A DNA stretch of 64,000 bases from an uncultured Patescibacteria group bacterium (GTDB lineage: Bacteria; Patescibacteriota; Minisyncoccia; Phycocordibacterales; UBA918): contig CAKUWT010000001.1 of assembly GCA_934699595.1 (NCBI GenBank), positions 7,839 to 71,838 on the forward strand. The letters are read 5' to 3'. The notes beneath the pieces are model-generated. The model was not told where the DNA came from. It did not search any database and saw only the letters and a list, made by a program, of their open reading frames with translations. Numbering within the stretch: the first letter of the stretch is position 1; each line of letters begins with the position of its first letter. The position numbers were made by a program, and so were the translations under genes. Below, in pieces: positions 18,743 to 28,602 of this stretch.

Positions 18743-18766
18743 TAATGTCCTTTATAAAGGACATTA
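18743..18766. promoter_or_regulatory. 24-bp perfect palindrome TAATGTCCTTTA|TAAAGGACATTA in the hsp20 upstream region
   Basis: read directly; not followed by a T run; about 240 bp upstream of hsp20. Confidence 0.35.
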
Positions 18767-19007
18767 GTCAAAATAACGTTATTCTGTGTGATATTTGTTA
18801 ATGACAAGAGATTATAAATAATTGTTTTCAACATACTTTAAGAAATCCGAGACCTTGTTGTCGCTTGGTATGCTTACATCCTGTCCCCTGGCTTTACCTG
18901 ATGCAATCTTAAAATATTCTTGAGGGCACATAATCTGCTTTGAGTAAATTTGTGTGGGTAAAACTGACGGTATGGAAAAGTGTTTGTACTATACTTGAGT
19001 AAAGGAT

Positions 19008-19436
19008 ATGTTTTTTCTCAACCGCTTAAAAAAACAAGGGGTCAAAATTACACAGCCGATTGTAGCCAAGGCCACCAGTAGACCCATTGGTAAAAATGTC
19101 ACTGAACTGTTATTGGATGTTTCTGAAACAAAACATGAGATTGTCATCTTCGCACAGGTACCAGGTGCAGATATTGATGACATCTCCATCTCTGTAGAAG
19201 GTGATGCAGATATTATTATTATTGAAGGACGACAGCTAAGACCCGAACAATTAGTCTTTTCTAAAAAGGAACTGACGGAAAGAGTCTTTCATATCGAAGA
19301 ATGTCAGTGGGGTAATTTCTACCGTCGAATTATTTTGCCAGAAAGTATCCATATGGAAAAAACTGAGGCTCGGATTAAGGATGGGGTTTTGTTACTCACG
19401 CTACCGCTCTTATCAGCTCAGAAAAAACGTAAATAA
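19008..19436 (+). CDS. Hsp20/alpha-crystallin family small heat-shock protein
   Basis: alpha-crystallin domain (IVIFAQVPGADIDDISISVEGD...GVLLLTLP); AAGGA SD. Confidence 0.8.
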   Translation: MFFLNRLKKQGVKITQPIVAKATSRPIGKNVTELLLDVSETKHEIVIFAQVPGADIDDISISVEGDADIIIIEGRQLRPEQLVFSKKELTERVFHIEECQWGNFYRRIILPESIHMEKTEARIKDGVLLLTLPLLSAQKKRK

Positions 19437-19440
19437 TATT

Positions 19441-20565
19441 ATGAAAAATTTTTGTTCTTTAGGATCTTCAACCCAGCTACCACTATCTCTGTTGTTGGCT
19501 GGGTCCGTCCTGGGGGTATCAACGTTTGGTGTTTATCATGTATCTGCACAGGAATTTATTGCGGATCCAGAACAAACACAGGTTGGTATTGAAGTGAGTA
19601 CCCTCAATAATGAGTCTGAGTTGAACCCGCTGCTTTATATTAATTCTCCCGAGAAATATATTCATTCAACCTGGCATCAGAAAGAAGATCTAGAGATTAC
19701 TTGGCAAGTGCCACCTGCTGTGGAGGCTGTGGCTGTATCTCTCACCGATGATAGCGATTATGAACCTCGCTATTTATCGGAGTCGGTCTATTCACCAGCC
19801 ATCGATAGTTTTTTAGTCAAAAATGAGGACCTGCATAGCGGTACCCAGTTTGTAAACATTCAGATGAAAGATATGAATGGCTGGAGTATGGTAACATCAT
19901 TGCAAATCAATATTGATGAAGAGTCACCACTACCTTTTTCAATTATTGCAGTTGGCGGACAAAAAGTTAGTGCACAACCCGCAATTACTTTTACAGCTTT
20001 TGATAAAGATTCTGGGATTGATCACTATGAGGTCACAATCAAGACACTCAGCGGACAAATAATCAATGAGTACGAACTACCTACTAGTTCAGACAGTAGT
20101 TCATTAAACTTAAGGGATTTGGACGATGGTGAATATGAGGTGATAGTAAAAGCTGTTGATGGCGTCGGCAATGTTACTGTGAGTCAAAAAATCCTCAGGT
20201 TTGATTCCCGGTCAGAGACTCACCTGTTGACTGATAAGGTCTTGGCGCCCATCAATCTTATTGTGTACGGTCTGTCTTTCTTGGTACTGCTGCAGTTCTT
20301 ACTATACCGACGTGAGAAGTTGTCTCAGCAAAAACGAGAAAACCGCCTGGCTACAGAAACTAAAGACATTAATCAGCAAATCAAGCGCGTATTTTTGGCC
20401 CTTCATGAAGATGTGACTGAGCAGGTGGGACAGATCCGTAAGAACTCCCGAATGACCAAGAAAGAAATTGCTGATAACTTGGCACAGTCTCTCGAGGTCT
20501 CAGAAATACTACTGAATAAAGAAGTGGAAGATGTAGAGAGGATTCTTAAAGAAAACCAGCGGTAA
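19441..20565 (+). CDS. hypothetical surface protein with N-terminal signal peptide and C-terminal TM plus charged tail
   Basis: start moved to ATG 19441 to avoid overlap with hsp20; beta-rich middle, TM near residue 300. Confidence 0.5.
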   Translation: MKNFCSLGSSTQLPLSLLLAGSVLGVSTFGVYHVSAQEFIADPEQTQVGIEVSTLNNESELNPLLYINSPEKYIHSTWHQKEDLEITWQVPPAVEAVAVSLTDDSDYEPRYLSESVYSPAIDSFLVKNEDLHSGTQFVNIQMKDMNGWSMVTSLQINIDEESPLPFSIIAVGGQKVSAQPAITFTAFDKDSGIDHYEVTIKTLSGQIINEYELPTSSDSSSLNLRDLDDGEYEVIVKAVDGVGNVTVSQKILRFDSRSETHLLTDKVLAPINLIVYGLSFLVLLQFLLYRREKLSQQKRENRLATETKDINQQIKRVFLALHEDVTEQVGQIRKNSRMTKKEIADNLAQSLEVSEILLNKEVEDVERILKENQR

Positions 20566-20617
20566 TTAGTCGCAGTAAACTCAGTACTATTTAAATTTGC
20601 TAAAATTGTAGTTTTAT

Positions 20618-21448
20618 TTAGTAGCGTTTCCACCAAAAGCCCAGGTTCTTTGTCAGGGATTGATATTTACCGATATTGGTACGATGAATATGGTAGGCTA
20701 GGCTTTTGGTACCGATTAGTTTACCAATTTCTTGCGCCAAACTGCGCATGTAAGTACCAGAACTAGCTAGGCAGTAAAAGTGAGCAATTGTAAATATGTC
20801 AGTTGGTTGTCCATAGACTGAAAATTTTTGCCAGTCGGAGCGCACATCTTGTCGTCGGAAGTCATTGCCTAAGCGCTTGCGCGGGTCGGTCACTTCAGGA
20901 ATAGAATTTACCTTTGTTAATGCTTCCTCGTAAATCTGTTGGCGGGATTTGGTTAACATGGAGACTAGTTTTAGTCTGTAAACCGTCGATGTTTGCACAG
21001 GAATCTCGATTTCATCAAGGCGCTTCTCCAAAGTCCACATATGCAAGGGTTTACCGTGAACAGTTTTGGCGGAAAAGTGTGGGTAGGGTAGAGAGACTTC
21101 TTTCACTAATGAGGTGGCTACTTTTTTTAGCTCTTTCCGGTCAATCAGGGGTGACTGCGGAGAAAAATTCAACCGACCCAAAACATCTTGAGTGTCGCTA
21201 CTGACACCGAACAGTACTGAGAATTCATAAGCCTTATCCAGGTGGTGATACTCTTGCTGACGTTTGCATTCCTCACCAATTAGAATTAGTAGTTTGCCAG
21301 AGGCCATGGGGTCGAGGCGGCCGGCATAGGCCAAGGGAAGGTTTTGGTAAGTCTCATCCTGAGTAGTGCGCCAGTTTTCCGCTACTTCTAGCGGCGTGGC
21401 TCCTACCGGCTTTTCAAGGATGATGTAACGAGGAATTTTTTTAGACAT
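20618..21448 (-). CDS. tRNA pseudouridine synthase, TruB-like
   Basis: catalytic Asp motif AGRLDPMASGKLLILIG and a TruB-like N-terminus; 276 aa. Confidence 0.5.
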   Translation of the reverse strand: MSKKIPRYIILEKPVGATPLEVAENWRTTQDETYQNLPLAYAGRLDPMASGKLLILIGEECKRQQEYHHLDKAYEFSVLFGVSSDTQDVLGRLNFSPQSPLIDRKELKKVATSLVKEVSLPYPHFSAKTVHGKPLHMWTLEKRLDEIEIPVQTSTVYRLKLVSMLTKSRQQIYEEALTKVNSIPEVTDPRKRLGNDFRRQDVRSDWQKFSVYGQPTDIFTIAHFYCLASSGTYMRSLAQEIGKLIGTKSLAYHIHRTNIGKYQSLTKNLGFWWKRY

Positions 21449-21468
21449 CTTGCTGCTGAGTGTAGCAT

Positions 21469-21500
21469 AAAAAGAAAAAGCGGAACCCGGGGGTTCCGCT
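21469..21500 (-). terminator. rho-independent terminator for the 21521..21967 gene (GCGGAACCC/GGGTTCCGC plus T run on the minus strand)
   Basis: perfect stem with AAAAAGAAAAA on the + strand. Confidence 0.7.
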
Positions 21501-21520
21501 CAGAAAATTGCTGGTCCAGT

Positions 21521-21967
21521 CTAGCTGAACTCGGGACCGAACCAGCAGCCGTCGTCCAGGAGATCGACAAATGTGTCGATCTCCATCCAGACGCCGTTTA
21601 CGTGAGCTGTCGCCGGGATAAAAATCAGCTGATTGTCACCCGTGAGCACCAGGCTCTCGAGTGCCGCCGCAGTGACCTCATCACCTTCGGCGACGACGGT
21701 CGTCTTGGCAATACAGGTTTGCGACTCAGAGCTCCAGACGAGCTGCTCCAACTGGAGATGCTCGTCAGAGCCCCAGTTTTCCAGCATGACTTTGGTGAAG
21801 TCCTGTTGGTCTTCCGTCACCAGGGTGTTCTCGGTGGCCGGCTCGCGTGCGGGCTCCGCCAGTACTTCCGGCGTGGCCAGGAAGTAGACAAAGCCAAGGA
21901 TGGCCAACGCCAAGCCGGCGGCCTCGAAGCAATCTTCAAAAAACTTATTCATTTCACTGCTCCTCAA
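21521..21967 (-). CDS. hypothetical membrane-anchored acidic protein
   Basis: N-terminal TM; has its own terminator. Confidence 0.45.
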   Translation of the reverse strand: MRSSEMNKFFEDCFEAAGLALAILGFVYFLATPEVLAEPAREPATENTLVTEDQQDFTKVMLENWGSDEHLQLEQLVWSSESQTCIAKTTVVAEGDEVTAAALESLVLTGDNQLIFIPATAHVNGVWMEIDTFVDLLDDGCWFGPEFS

Positions 21968-22205
21968 ACTAGTCAGGTTTGTCCTGACTCTCTACCTACT
22001 ATGATAGCACAAAAAGAGTCTAAAGTCAATCAAAACCAGTCGGCTAGTAGGGAGAGGATTAACCAGCGCGGCCTGTTAAAAAAGCGTTGACAATTAGTAA
22101 TAAAATGAAAGCACCAAAGGCTAGTAGTAATAATTTCATAAAATATAAACAGCTGTTACTAGTGTAACAGCTGTTTATGAGTTTTGTCAGCAACTTGGGG
22201 ATGAT

Positions 22206-23525
22206 CTAGCGGTGATGCTGAGGGTTGACCTCGCGTTTGTTCACAAAGGTCAAGGCGGCACCATCGTGATTAGCTCGACCGGTACGACCGATACGGTGCA
22301 CGTAGTCTTCAAAAGTGTTAGGTAGGTCGTAGTTGATGACGTGGGTGACGTTGTCGACGTGGATACCACGTGCTGCCACATCAGTTGCTACCAAGACACG
22401 CACCTGTCCGGACTTGAAGCGGCTCAAAGCGCGCTGACGTTGGCCGTGATTTTTGTTGCCGTGAATAGCGTCAGCTTTGACACCAGTCCGGTTAAGCTCA
22501 ATCGCGAGTTTTTCTACACTGTGCTTCATAGCGCCAAAGATAATCACGCGTCTAAAGACAGACTCATCTTTCAGGATTTCAATTAACTTGTTGAATTTCT
22601 CAATTGGTTCGTAGAAAATTACATCTTGGCTAACACTGTTAGTAATGTCTTTCTTTTTAACTGAGATAGTTTCTGGGTTACGGAGGAATTCTCCAGTCAG
22701 CGCTTCGACACTCTTGGACATAGTGGCAGAGAAGAAAAGTGTCTGTTTGTTTTGTGGCGTATCTTTCAAGATTTTACGCATATCATGAATGAAACCCATA
22801 TCAAGCATGCGGTCAGCTTCGTCTAAAACAACAGTGTTGAAAGTCTCAGGATGAATAAAGCCACGATCCATCAAGTCCATGACTCGACCTGGTGTGCCAA
22901 TAATAAAGTGGTTAACCCGACGCAGGCGAGACATTTGTGGACGGATGTTGGTGCCACCAACACAAACAGTACAGTAAACTCCTAGCTTGGGCGCCAGTTT
23001 TTGTAGCTCATTCTCAATCTGAATGGCCAGTTCTCGAGTCGGTGTCAAAATCAAGGTACGATGGCTGCGATTTTTAAGAGTTTGGTTAATAGTAGGAATC
23101 AAAAAAGCGGCCGTTTTGCCAGTACCGGTTTCGGCCAAGCCAACCACGTCCCGCCCTTCTAGAATCAGGGGAATAGTCTGGTCTTGAATTGGGGAGGGGG
23201 TTTTGAGTCCGAGGTTTCTAATAGTCTCTTTCAAGCTATCTTCAATCTCGAAATCAGCAAAAGAGTACTTATTCTCGTAGGCCACTTCTGGCTCTCTGAT
23301 AACGGGATTTTTATTAATGTAGCGAGAGACGTCAAAGGTTGGGCGTAGTTTTCGTCCACCACCACCTCGGCGATCGAAAGGTCGACCCCCACCTCCGCCA
23401 CCGCGATGTCTACCGAAGGAGCCGCGGGCGGAGCTATTACTAAAGCGGCGTTTATTTTGTTGATCCGGAGACGTGCTGTGTCGAAACGACTGATTGCGTC
23501 GCGGATGACTCTGTTGAGTATTCAT
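22206..23525 (-). CDS. DEAD-box ATP-dependent RNA helicase with N-terminal RGG-rich extension
   Basis: AETGTGKTAAF, PTRELA, DEAD, SAT, HRIGRTGRA motifs; N-terminal Gly/Arg-rich tract. Confidence 0.9.
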   Translation of the reverse strand: MNTQQSHPRRNQSFRHSTSPDQQNKRRFSNSSARGSFGRHRGGGGGGRPFDRRGGGGRKLRPTFDVSRYINKNPVIREPEVAYENKYSFADFEIEDSLKETIRNLGLKTPSPIQDQTIPLILEGRDVVGLAETGTGKTAAFLIPTINQTLKNRSHRTLILTPTRELAIQIENELQKLAPKLGVYCTVCVGGTNIRPQMSRLRRVNHFIIGTPGRVMDLMDRGFIHPETFNTVVLDEADRMLDMGFIHDMRKILKDTPQNKQTLFFSATMSKSVEALTGEFLRNPETISVKKKDITNSVSQDVIFYEPIEKFNKLIEILKDESVFRRVIIFGAMKHSVEKLAIELNRTGVKADAIHGNKNHGQRQRALSRFKSGQVRVLVATDVAARGIHVDNVTHVINYDLPNTFEDYVHRIGRTGRANHDGAALTFVNKREVNPQHHR

Positions 23526-23746
23526 TTGAATTCTGAAAGGTTATTTGAATTGTAAAATCCCAGAAAAACTATCGTAATGAGATTAAACTAAATAACCACC
23601 AGGCCAAGCAAGCAAAACTTCTGACCCCACGAGAATCTTTAAAGGTCTCGCCACTATAACAGTTTGGTAGAGTTTTGTCAAAGGGGAGGTGGTGTATTAA
23701 AAAGATGGGGCAAAATTGCCCCATCAACTCAGCGATAGAGTCATGC

Positions 23747-24121
23747 TTAATTGATCACTCGCGCTTTCAGTGTGGCAACACCTTGGGCTTTGAAACCCAG
23801 GCGCTCAGCCGCTGCTTTGGAAACATCGAGCTCTCGTCCTTTAACGTAAGGACCACGATCTTGCACCGTCACAACCAAAACTCGCCCATTTTCTGGGTTT
23901 TCGAGCCTAATTTTGGTGCCAAACGGCAAAGATTTGTGTGCGACCACGGTGTGATCGTTCATATCAAATCTGTTTCCGTTTGCCATGGAGTTCCCTTGCA
24001 GGCCGGGTCCATACCAGCTGGTACGAACGGCTGATTCAGTTTGCAGTGATATATCTGCCACAGCCGGTGCTGTGACGCAAAATGATAGACAAATCACTGC
24101 TGCGCTGACAATTTTTGACAC
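23747..24121 (-). CDS. RlpA-like double-psi beta-barrel (DPBB) protein, secreted
   Basis: signal peptide; SWYGPG...AHKSLPFGTKIRLENPENGRVLVVTVQDRGPY motif. Confidence 0.75.
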   Translation of the reverse strand: MSKIVSAAVICLSFCVTAPAVADISLQTESAVRTSWYGPGLQGNSMANGNRFDMNDHTVVAHKSLPFGTKIRLENPENGRVLVVTVQDRGPYVKGRELDVSKAAAERLGFKAQGVATLKARVIN

Positions 24122-24189
24122 TTCTTCGTCCTCTTGTAACTTCCGTTATGAACTCCTCCTTTGCTGATGACGACACTGATCGCTCTTTC

Positions 24190-25110
24190 TTACAAAGAAA
24201 TGATTTTGGGAAAATTGTGGTACAAACTAAGACTTTTTTCTGTTAGCGAGTAGGTGGCTGCTTGGGCAGCAAAGCTTTCTAGAAGCGATTGGTATTTGTC
24301 TTTATGGGTAATCAGTAAGACCGTTCCCAACACATCGGCGGCCAGCGCTGAAGGGGCTACTACGAAACTAGCGTCTAGAGTTTTGACGTCGGGAGTGACA
24401 GCTGCTCTCTCGCTAGTATCGATAATGTGATTATAAGTTTTCCCAGCTACTCGCCACTCTCGTTTGTGCGGACTAGAGGAGGCCAAGCTGGCGTTCGTCA
24501 GAGCAATTTTTCCGAGGTAAGTATTGGCTTCAGTGGGGTGCTCTAAGTAGAGTTCCCAGGGAGGACTTAACTTGTTGCTAACAATAATATCGCCACCGGC
24601 ATTAATAAGAAAGTCGTGCAACTGCCAAGTTTTTCGGAGAAAGTCAGCCACTAAGTCAAGGGCGTAACCCTTGCCGTAACCACCCAGATCAATCAGGCCT
24701 TTTGTGAGAGTGATTTTTGCTGGGGTAATCTGTAAATCGGTCAGGGGGTTAGGGAAGTCGTCTGGTTCGGCTTGGGGAATAAAACTATAATCAGCGTCGT
24801 AGCCGCGCCGATTAAGATGTTCACCGACCAAGGGATTAAAAATCGTGGCAGTTTTTTGGTATAAATCTTGACCAAGTTGTAAGAGGGTGACGGTTTCAGT
24901 CTCGGGATTAGGCAAAACCCGCTCCTTATTTAGTTTTGTAATCAATGAGTCAGCTTTGAAGCGAGAGTATTTGTTCTCAAAATCAGCCACTAAAGAAACT
25001 ACTGCCGTTTTCAGGGCAGTAGTTTCTTCATCAGTAAAATTACTAACTATCTCAACATGCCAAGTGGTGCCAAGAGCGGGGAAGGAAAAGGTCTTAGTAG
25101 CAAAGGGCAT
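24190..25110 (-). CDS. apbE: FAD:protein FMN transferase (ApbE family)
   Basis: ApbE signature DLGGYGKGYALD and overall length. Confidence 0.8.
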   Translation of the reverse strand: MPFATKTFSFPALGTTWHVEIVSNFTDEETTALKTAVVSLVADFENKYSRFKADSLITKLNKERVLPNPETETVTLLQLGQDLYQKTATIFNPLVGEHLNRRGYDADYSFIPQAEPDDFPNPLTDLQITPAKITLTKGLIDLGGYGKGYALDLVADFLRKTWQLHDFLINAGGDIIVSNKLSPPWELYLEHPTEANTYLGKIALTNASLASSSPHKREWRVAGKTYNHIIDTSERAAVTPDVKTLDASFVVAPSALAADVLGTVLLITHKDKYQSLLESFAAQAATYSLTEKSLSLYHNFPKIISL

Positions 25111-25122
25111 GCTAGGAAGCGA

Positions 25123-25567
25123 TTAAATGGTGGCCTTGGTTTTGATCTCAGCTAGAGCGCTGTTGAAAGCGTCTGAGGTAGTGGACGCACCGGCTACGCG
25201 AGATAGGTTAACTTCCTCAAGTTTCTTACCAACAACTTCTGCTTGGTAAATTTCCTCAAAACGTTCGGTGATTTTAGCACTAGTACCAGATAAACTTTCA
25301 TCATAGCTATTACTGACCGCGGTGACGATGTCATCACGGAGAGTTAGATTCACAGTAATGGTGTGGTTACCGGAAGGGGTAGGGTAAGTATTCTCACCAA
25401 CATACTCTCCATCACGAAATTTGTTGGCGACAGCATTGCTGTGGTCAATGTTCACAACAGTATTCTGGTCACTATCTCGGTTTGGGGTGTTCAGGCTAGT
25501 AAAAAAATAAACTCCAGCACCAAGAGTAAGAACGATTAGAGCTATAATAAATGGCATAAATATTAAA
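25123..25567 (-). CDS. membrane-anchored FMN-binding domain protein (likely ApbE flavinylation substrate)
   Basis: N-terminal TM, C-terminal VAGASTTSDAFNSAL resembling the (S/T)GA(T/S) flavinylation motif; start set at MPFIIAL (ORF extends to 25701). Confidence 0.55.
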
Positions 25568-25676
25568 TTAAAATTAGTAACAATACTGGAAGTTTTAAGT
25601 CGCCTCCCAATAATTCTTGTTACTGTCATTAAGTATAACTTCATCAACATCTTAAGCCAATACTCCTGGTGGTAAT

Positions 25677-27233
25677 TTGTTACAATTTCAACGTATGCCA
25701 AATTCTTTTTTTAAAACCTATCAACAGTTTAATCGCTTATTAGATAACACCACTATGTACCGGGTGGTGCTGTACTCGTTACTTGCCCTGGTCGGGGTGT
25801 CATGGGTCATGGCTCTGTTTAACTTCTTGCCAACCTCAGCCTGGTCGCTAGTTTTATTTTTGCTAGTTCTGGTGGTAGCCTCTTTGATTGCGAATCAAGT
25901 CTTTGCCACTTTGAGTAAAGTGCCAATCAACTTGGAGTCTAGTCTCGTGACGGCACTTATTCTGTATTTCCTAATCATTCCGCCGCTTAACCTCAATGAT
26001 TATTTATGGGTGATCTTTATCGCAGTACTGACGATGGCGTCTAAGTACGTATTGATCTGGCGCGGGCAACATATTTTTAACCCGGCTGCTGTCGGGGTGG
26101 CGCTGGTGGCCAGTCTTGGTTTCTACGGCGCTTCATGGTGGATCGCGACCCCGGTGTTATTTGTGCCACTATTGATTGCGGGGGTCATTGTGGTTAAGAA
26201 GGTGCGCCGTTGGCAGATGGTGATGATTGCTATCTTAGTGGCTTTCTTTACTTTTCTGGCAGAAACTTGGCTACGGACGGGCGGGGTAGACATCTCAGCT
26301 TTGGGCTGGCGCTTCCTAACCTCTTTCCCAATTCTATTTTTGGCTTTCTACATGTTGACCGAGCCTTTTACTTTACCGCCTCGACATTATCAGCAATACC
26401 TCTATGCGGCTCTGGTAGGCTTTTTGAGCGCTACCACTTTAGCAACCGGTTATTTTGACTTGACACCAGAAATGGCTCTACTAATCGGCAATCTTGTAGT
26501 CTGGCCACTGTTATTACAAAGAAAGTTGATACTGAAGTTAGATAAAACTGAGGAAATTGCCGCTGATACTTATGAGTACTCCTTTGTGAAACCCTCAAAG
26601 CTGAAATTCTTGCCAGGGCAATATTTAGAATGGATGTTGCCTCACAAGTTAAAAGATAATCGTGGCGTACGTCGCTACCTGACCATTGCCTCCGCCCCCG
26701 AAAGTGAATACTTACAAATGGCGTTTAAGGTTCCACCGAGCGCAAGCTCCAGTTACAAAAAGAATTTACTACAGATGAATCCAGGTGACAAGATCATTGC
26801 TAGTCAGTTGGCAGGAGACTTTGTCTTGCCGAAAAAACCAGACACTAAGATTGCTGCTGTGGCTGGAGGGATTGGTGTTACACCGTTTACTAGCCATATT
26901 CGACACCTGTTAGCGGCTGGAGAGGCTCGTGATTACCTACTTTTCTATGCCGTAAATACAGTGGCAGAACTAGCTTATATCGAACTCTGGCAAGATGCTG
27001 AAGAGGCAATGTCATTTAAATTAATCCCGGTAGTGGCTAACGAAACAAATCACCGTTACGAGACAGGTTTTATGACAAAGGGATTAATTGAGAAGTATGC
27101 TCCAGACTACCTAGAGCGGACTTGGTATGTGTCGGGTCCGTCAATTATGGTTAATATTCTTGATGGTATTCTTCGCGACTTGGAGGTACCAGAATCTCAA
27201 ATCCGTAAAGATTTCTTTCCTGGAATCGGTTAA
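25677..27233 (+). CDS. RnfD/NqrB-like polytopic membrane domain fused to FNR-type FAD/NAD(P)H oxidoreductase domain
   Basis: N-terminal roughly 10 TM with HIFNPAAVGVALV (RnfD/NqrB NPA-type motif); C-terminal RRYLTIAS (RxYS) and GGIGVTPF (NAD binding). Confidence 0.6.
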   Translation: MLQFQRMPNSFFKTYQQFNRLLDNTTMYRVVLYSLLALVGVSWVMALFNFLPTSAWSLVLFLLVLVVASLIANQVFATLSKVPINLESSLVTALILYFLIIPPLNLNDYLWVIFIAVLTMASKYVLIWRGQHIFNPAAVGVALVASLGFYGASWWIATPVLFVPLLIAGVIVVKKVRRWQMVMIAILVAFFTFLAETWLRTGGVDISALGWRFLTSFPILFLAFYMLTEPFTLPPRHYQQYLYAALVGFLSATTLATGYFDLTPEMALLIGNLVVWPLLLQRKLILKLDKTEEIAADTYEYSFVKPSKLKFLPGQYLEWMLPHKLKDNRGVRRYLTIASAPESEYLQMAFKVPPSASSSYKKNLLQMNPGDKIIASQLAGDFVLPKKPDTKIAAVAGGIGVTPFTSHIRHLLAAGEARDYLLFYAVNTVAELAYIELWQDAEEAMSFKLIPVVANETNHRYETGFMTKGLIEKYAPDYLERTWYVSGPSIMVNILDGILRDLEVPESQIRKDFFPGIG

Positions 27234-27408
27234 AGCGGTCGAGTTTATAGATTCTGGGTTTGGTACCGTTGCTCCTAGAGATGAGTTTTAGAAAAATTAC
27301 CTAATTTTAGGTATATTTTCCACTAGGGATTTTTGCTAAAGTCATTTTTCTTTGTTATGATGCTGGCGTTTGGACTGCGGTTTTAGTCCTCAAAAATTGA
27401 GTTAGTAT

Positions 27409-28182
27409 ATGTTTGGTCCACAAATTGCATACGCTGCTGATGGCATTGAAGTACATCTTGCTCCCCATATTTTGGGTGAGTTTTGGGGTATTCCGGTGTC
27501 AGCTACTCTGGTAACAGCGTGGCTCAGTATGGTAATTGTGATTGCCTTAATTGCTCTCCTGCGCACCAAAATCAAATTAGTTCCGGGTAAGGTCCAGAGC
27601 CTGGTAGAGGTGGCCATTGGCGGCAGTTTTGACTACATCGCTAATACCTTAGAGAGTCGAGAGCTGGCTAAAAAATATTTCCCAGTCATCATGACGATTT
27701 TTATTTTCGTCTTAAGTTTAAACTGGATTGGCTTATTGCCAGGTGTGACTTCTATTGGTTGGTTTGAGACCTCTGCTGACGGAACGACTTTTACACCGTT
27801 ATTTTATCCAGCTAATACTGACCTTAATATCACCCTGGCTTTCGCTATCGTGGCTTTGATTGCAATCGAGCTGGCTGGGGTATTGTCGCTTGGATTTTTC
27901 AAGTATGCTGGGAAGTTCATTAACTTTAAATCTCCGCTAGCTTTTGTCATCGGTATTATTGAATTAATTTCAGAGATGGCGCGGTTAGTCTCATATTCTT
28001 TCCGTTTATTTGGCAATATCTTTGCTGGTAAGGTTTTGCTGTTAGTGATTACTTTCTTCATTCCTTACATTGTACCGGTACCAATGATGGCTTTCGAGGT
28101 TTTTGTCGGGGTTGTTCAGGCTTTTATTTTTGCTATTCTGACTTTGTTCTTTATCAAGCTGGCGGTCACTGAGCCGCATTAG
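27409..28182 (+). CDS. atpB: F0F1 ATP synthase subunit a
   Basis: RLFGNIFAG motif with conserved Arg, polytopic. Confidence 0.9.
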   Translation: MFGPQIAYAADGIEVHLAPHILGEFWGIPVSATLVTAWLSMVIVIALIALLRTKIKLVPGKVQSLVEVAIGGSFDYIANTLESRELAKKYFPVIMTIFIFVLSLNWIGLLPGVTSIGWFETSADGTTFTPLFYPANTDLNITLAFAIVALIAIELAGVLSLGFFKYAGKFINFKSPLAFVIGIIELISEMARLVSYSFRLFGNIFAGKVLLLVITFFIPYIVPVPMMAFEVFVGVVQAFIFAILTLFFIKLAVTEPH

Positions 28183-28260
28183 TTTAGTGGGTAATAACGA
28201 GTCCCGTAAAAACAAATTGGGCGTGGCTCGTAGTTGTCCGTTAAAAGTATTAATTATTAA

Positions 28261-28530
<270 letters not shown>

Positions 28531-28602
28531 TCATCCTGATTATTTAGTCACGAATTCTTTTTTGACGGAGGTAAAATTTATCACGATTAATTAAAAGTAT
28601 TT

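Noticed and set aside
21602-22090. Further embedded ORFs of the same kind in the second half of the window
   Set aside because: Same reasoning. These sit inside the ATP synthase, methyltransferase, PriA, MurA, MreB and VirB4-like genes: 21602..22090, 26210..26458, 27804..28061, 29171..30135, 30825..31025, 32051..33443, 40065..41471, 45289..49940, 54756..55738, 57471..58159, 58792..60445 and 61592..62904.
25677-25701. Apparent 25-nt overlap of the divergent starts of the FMN-binding gene and the RnfD-FNR fusion gene
   Set aside because: Both ORF-track starts are probably too far upstream. Internal Met codons (MPFIIAL for the minus gene; MPNSFF or MYRVV for the plus gene) give a normal divergent intergenic region.
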